Shown here: in pieces, positions 60,354 to 64,000 of the stretch
How the letters are laid out: the number at the start of each line of letters is the position of its first letter
Position numbering within the stretch: position 1 is the stretch's first letter
Origin: Gekko japonicus
Lineage: Eukaryota
Assembly: GCF_001447785.1 (NCBI RefSeq)
Contig: NW_015167559.1
Span: 124,001-188,000 of the forward strand
Direction of reading: 5' to 3'
DNA length: 64,000 bases
Made by a program: the position numbers and the translations under genes
Notes under the pieces: model-generated
What the model was told of the DNA's origin: nothing
Database searches by the model: none
Seen by the model: only the letters and a program-made list of their open reading frames with translations

Positions 60354-63300
60354 TTATATATGGACTTCTTAAAGAGAAATTACTAAATATTTCTAATAGA
60401 GAATATATCTCACCAAAAGGATTACAAACCATTTTTGGAAAAGAAAGCAAGCAAGAGGGGCATTTAGAATTGAATTTCCCATTCTGTAAATTTCCCAACA
60501 TCAGCTTCTTCATGGAAAGCATATAAGCTTACAGTGCACAGACTCCATTGTATAATTGCAAAACACTTGACCTATGTTAACAGATTCCTGGTTGTTATGT
60601 CTACTGCAGAAACAATCTTGTAAATGTGCTTAGCTTTGTAGGGGCTATTGAAAAAATAACTTCAGAGATTTCTAGTTTGCTGGGCTGAGCTCGCCTTTGT
60701 TATTGTATTAAAATGAGTGTACAAGACACACACAAAAAACTGCAAGATGATGTATGACCAGAAAGCTCTGTTGATGTTAACTTGATGCAGATTCCTTGGG
60801 AGGAGCTTAAATGTTTAATTGTTGACACAATCAATCTTGCGGTTGAGGAAGCCTTTAACTCAACACAAGACAAAAAGGTAAACACACCAATACAAACTAC
60901 AATCAAGATAAAGGAACCCCAGCATTCTACTTTTCAAGACACAGTACAAAACTACAAGCAAGAGGATATACCCTACAGAAAGACATATACATTAAAAAAC
61001 CCAGGAAAAATCTCTACAGACGTCTACACCAGAGCTACTAAAAGGAAGACAAAGATTTAAATTTTAAAGATGTAAATGAAAAAAACTTGCAGAGAGAAGA
61101 TAAAACAGAGCTTATGGAATTCTCAACCACTCTAAGAATTGAATACAGATGGAGAGCCTTAAAAGAAACCCTTTCTACCTATAAAGACAAGAGGCATAAA
61201 TTTAAGACATTACTGAAGAGAAGAAATCAGGGGGGGGGGAATTAAGCTTTACAAATAAGTCTAGGCTAGCGAACCTTTCTTTGTATAATTGCAAATGTAT
61301 AAAATTTTAACCTATAAGATTGATCTAGGGCAACTCTGTGTATGAGAATTTGATTACGACTGGCCATATTGGAAGCTGTTTTTATGTACCCATAAAGCAT
61401 TAATGCATATTAAATATACTTATAGGAAGACTAAGTTAAAATGTTTAGGTAACTTTTAAGAAGAATATATGATTGTAAATGTCAAAGATGACCTATGGAA
61501 GCTTATTAAAAAATTTAAAGTATATTAAATATATGGAAGATAAATCTAAAATGTTTTGGTAATATTTATAACAGATGGCAAAATTATAAGAATGATAAGA
61601 GATCCTGTATATGATTTCAAGTGTTCATGAAATTCCAAGGTATACTTAAATGTATTTTATAGAAAATTATAAGGGAATGCTCAGAAAATGCTTAAATAGA
61701 AGAAAATGTATATTGTTAAAATATAGAACTGCAAAGATTTTAATTCGCTTTATGGTAGTAAGATAGGTAATTAGATATGTATGTATGAGGTAGTTTAAGA
61801 GATATAATATTGGCATGATTACTCATGTATGTTTGTTCATTCTGTTTAAAATAATAAAAATTATTATAAAAAGAAAATTGACAATGTACTTCCAAACCAA
61901 ATAAACTTTACAAGTCACAAAAGGAACTGAGGAATACACAGAACATTTCATTTAAATCCCCCTCACTGTTAGCTGGCTTCAGTATATTTAAATGATACTT
62001 ATCTTATCAGTCAAGATAGTATGTAATGGTTACTAATATTCTAGCTATACAGAAATGTTTAAAGAGTAAAGAGGCCAGTAGCACCTTAAAGATTAACAGA
62101 CAGATTAACACAGCTACCCATCTTGAGAAATTTTTAAAGTAGGTGTAGGGAAAGAAAGAGAAGGGGAATTGTGGCAACACTGGAGAGTTGGGCAATTTTC
62201 GGAATGTGTAAACACAGGGTAGGTGAATGACATGTACGCTTCAAGGAATGGTTGGGTAATTGTGTGAGAGAAAAATATGGTATGAAGAGAAATGCATACA
62301 GTGATATTACCCAAAAAATCAATTAATTTGGACAGGTTTCCTCATGTTTTAGAAAAAGATATTGTCAAATTAATTATAACTAGTAATAAGAAATCGCATT
62401 CTACAGAAGAAAACCCAGACATGTGCCAAACACTTATTTTAGAACAAAAACAGTCAGGAAGGTTAAAAAACAACAACCCTGTTCTTGAACAGTTTCCAAT
62501 CCAATCAAACTGAGTCAGATAAAATATTTAAGAACTGGTCACTAAGACAAGAATAATGAAATGTGATACTTCTCACAAGGCTGAATAAAGAAACTCTTGA
62601 GTGGTTTAATGGAGAACCAGCTTACTGAGTGATTGAACAATCAGATCCAAGAGATACTCTAAATAGATAACGCCCATAACAGTAGCAGGAGTTGGGATAG
62701 AGAACAAAAGTTCAAGAAGAGGAAAAGAGGTGCAAATAAGAAAAGTTATGATAATGTAATACTCCAAATTCACATGGAATATGCTGACAGACCACACTAT
62801 TTTGCTGGGAATGCTGACTCAGTAAGCTAATGACAAAGAAAAAACACTCTCAGTCTTGTTTAGCTGTGATAACCTTAAGACTTAAATCAAATGGGAGAAA
62901 GACAACACATTCAGAACATCAGAGATAGAAATCATGAAAAAAATGCAGAAATTGTTAAAAACATTTAACAAAAAATATTTTGATATGAACTCTCAAGGAT
63001 AACTTTCTTGGTAATTTACTTGGAATAGTTCATGAAGGCACAATAGGTTAACATTTCATGTATGTTTTTCTTTCAATGCAAAGTGACAAAACAGGAATTT
63101 ATTCACAATCTGTTGGGGAGCCCATTCCTAAGACCCCTATATGAATAGTTTAGGATGGCAACAAAACTCCATGCCAGGGGATCTTAAAGATACTCTGGGC
63201 TAAGTGCAAGATACCCTAGCATAAATGAAAGTAGTGTAAATGGAGATATATACCATACCAGTGTACAAATGGATGGTCGGGGAGTACTACTAAGGACAAA

Positions 63301-64000
63301 GTGAAGCTCAGCCAATCACACTTCTCTGTAACACCCGGACAGCATACCCGAAGATTAGACTGTGGCATGGGGTTAGATATATCTAGATTTATGTTGCACA
63401 CACTGAGAATATGGACTTTGGTGGGGGAAACTCTAGAAAAAGGACACTTTGCACAATCAGCAAAGAGAGGGAACAAACATTGTTGGAGAATACATCTAAC
63501 ACTGCTCTGGTCAGACTCCTTACACGTACTTCACCTCAGCAACCAAACACCAGAGAGGAGCCCCGTGGAGCAGGGCAAACAATGTAGACATTGTTGTAAT
63601 GCAGTCCCCTACAATGGGTCAAGTACTGGCTCAAGAGCCATACCATGTCCCCCAAGAGATGCATCCTACCATGTACAAACCCCGTCCCATTACTCATTAC
63701 TGTCCTTATGTTTCTGTTAGTTTCCAAGCAGCCATCCAAAAGGATCAGAGGCCAGGTGAACCCCATTTATAGTCCAATCCCAACCACCTGCAACATGACC
63801 AACAGCTGCAGTGACCAGAGTGTATCTAGCTTCTGTGCTGTGATGGCAACTCACTTTGTTGTAGCCTGATTCCTGCACTACAGACAGTTCTTGCGTACTA
63901 CAATTGTCCCTGTCATGGCCATCCAGCCTACTTGTTATTCTGCAATCCACCAGTGCAGATGTCAAAGGACTTTGTTAGAATAAGAGAGCTGGGAGTGGCA

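Larger units (their letters stand above)
57611..61877 (+). mobile_element. Non-autonomous retroposon (element B), ~2.1 kb after removing two nested inserts
   Basis: 19-bp TSD ttgacaatgtacttccaaa (57592-57610, 61878-61896); AATAAA and A-rich tail; shares ccactggacctcctggagggaggtctgg and ccctggatcgtcccagaagcaag with element A. Confidence 0.88.

Overview
Vertebrate genomic DNA, most likely a squamate and probably a gecko (inferred from Squam3-like SINEs, RTE-BovB, Penelope and DIRS repeats). The whole window lies inside one minus-strand gene, CDC42BPA (MRCK-alpha). Ten GT-AG exons were traced by hand (34127 down to 1106). They join into one stop-free 1650-nt frame covering the second half of the kinase domain ([18 protein letters not shown]), the AGC C-terminal tail (FVGFTY) and the start of the coiled coil. 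By recalled human exon sizes these are exons 6-15; the gene continues beyond both ends of the window. The introns are dense with transposons: hAT MITEs with 8-bp TSDs, PIF/Harbinger-like elements with TWA TSDs, SINEs, CR1, L2, RTE/BovB, Penelope pieces with decayed hammerhead motifs, and DIRS RT fragments. There are two assembly gaps. The most notable observation is four ~1.8-2.4 kb retroposons bounded by 16-20 bp TSDs, ending in A-rich tails and lacking any RT or endonuclease. Two of them (A and B) form one diverged family sharing a small ORF. One (C) is an L1 that keeps ORF1 but has lost nearly all of ORF2. Together they suggest an assemblage of ORF1-only (HAL1-like) L1 parasites. No database searches were possible, so novelty claims are untested.
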